Source: Gordonia phage GMA2
DNA length: 24,000 nucleotides
Reading direction: 5' to 3' (one strand)
Sequence record: NC_070761.1
The translations under genes and the position numbers were made by a program. Each line of letters begins with the position of its first letter. The first letter of the stretch is position 1. The notes beneath the pieces were generated by a model. It did not search any database, was not told the origin of the DNA, and saw nothing but the letters and a program-made list of their open reading frames with translations. Shown piece after piece: positions 23,569-24,000 of this stretch.

Positions 23569-24000
23569 CGACGGAAAAAAGCTTTCTTTGACGAGCAAAC
23601 TGAAGAGAAGCGATCGTCTTACCCATGTCTGTCTGGGGCTGCTCGTACTTACTAGCTGCGAGGGCTCTCCGGCACTCGAGTTGAGTTTGATCATATGTCC
23701 ACCCTGGCTTCGCTAGAGGCGTAATGACGATGTCATGCGACTTCTTCTCGAAGTTCTTGATGCTATCAGATGCAGCTTCCCAATCGCTCTCGTAGAGATG
23801 AAGCGAGTACGCATTGTGGAAGTACTTTCCCGGCTCGATGCCGACGAGTGCAGCGACAGTCTGGTGCAGCATCGAGAACTGAATGAAATCACTTGACGCA
23901 CCACGCCAGATGTCGTTTGAGCGCATAGTCACGCTCATGTTAAGACGATCTTCACGGATTCGGAATCCGATGTTGAGAGTGCACGGATAGTCTGTGAATC
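23561..24000 (-). CDS. Thymidylate synthase-family protein (ThyA / dNMP hydroxymethylase), partial, continues past window edge
   Basis: Frame stays open beyond the track's ATG: FTDYPCTLNIGFRIREDRLNMSVTMRSNDIWRGASSDFIQFSMLHQTVAALVGIEPGKYFHNAYSLHLYE. Confidence 0.88.
   Translation of the reverse strand, partial: FTDYPCTLNIGFRIREDRLNMSVTMRSNDIWRGASSDFIQFSMLHQTVAALVGIEPGKYFHNAYSLHLYESDWEAASDSIKNFEKKSHDIVITPLAKPGWTYDQTQLECRRALAASKYEQPQTDMGKTIASLQFARQRKLFSVDE

Overview
This window looks like part of an actinobacteriophage genome. Essentially all coding is on the minus strand, and the plus-strand ORFs in the supplied track appear spurious. The coding modules are: a WhiB-like regulator; a C5-cytosine-methyltransferase-like protein; an all-alpha NTP pyrophosphatase-like protein; a putative glycosyltransferase block (two related proteins flanking a GT4-like enzyme); and a replication block with a DUF669/SSB-like protein, a Sak4-like RecA ATPase, a PD-(D/E)XK nuclease, a SNF2-type helicase, a RuvC-like resolvase and DNA polymerase I. 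There are also two GIY-YIG endonucleases, a dCMP deaminase, a DUF6085-like protein and a truncated thymidylate-synthase-family gene. About 3 kb (7.7-10.65 kb) is an RNA-gene array. By eye I resolve 16 tRNAs, a complete tmRNA (10241-10649) and several structured RNAs that are not tRNAs. The highlight is a Ro60 (TROVE+VWA) gene next to four RNAs sharing one fold: a lower stem, a 5' CGAA / 3' NNAAC(C)AC internal loop, then a 9-position upper stem. I interpret these as a family of phage Y RNAs. One of them (10100-10229) carries a circularly permuted tRNA mimic: T arm, acceptor stem capped by UUCG, then D arm. This is the YrlA architecture. All folding was done by hand and needs computational confirmation.
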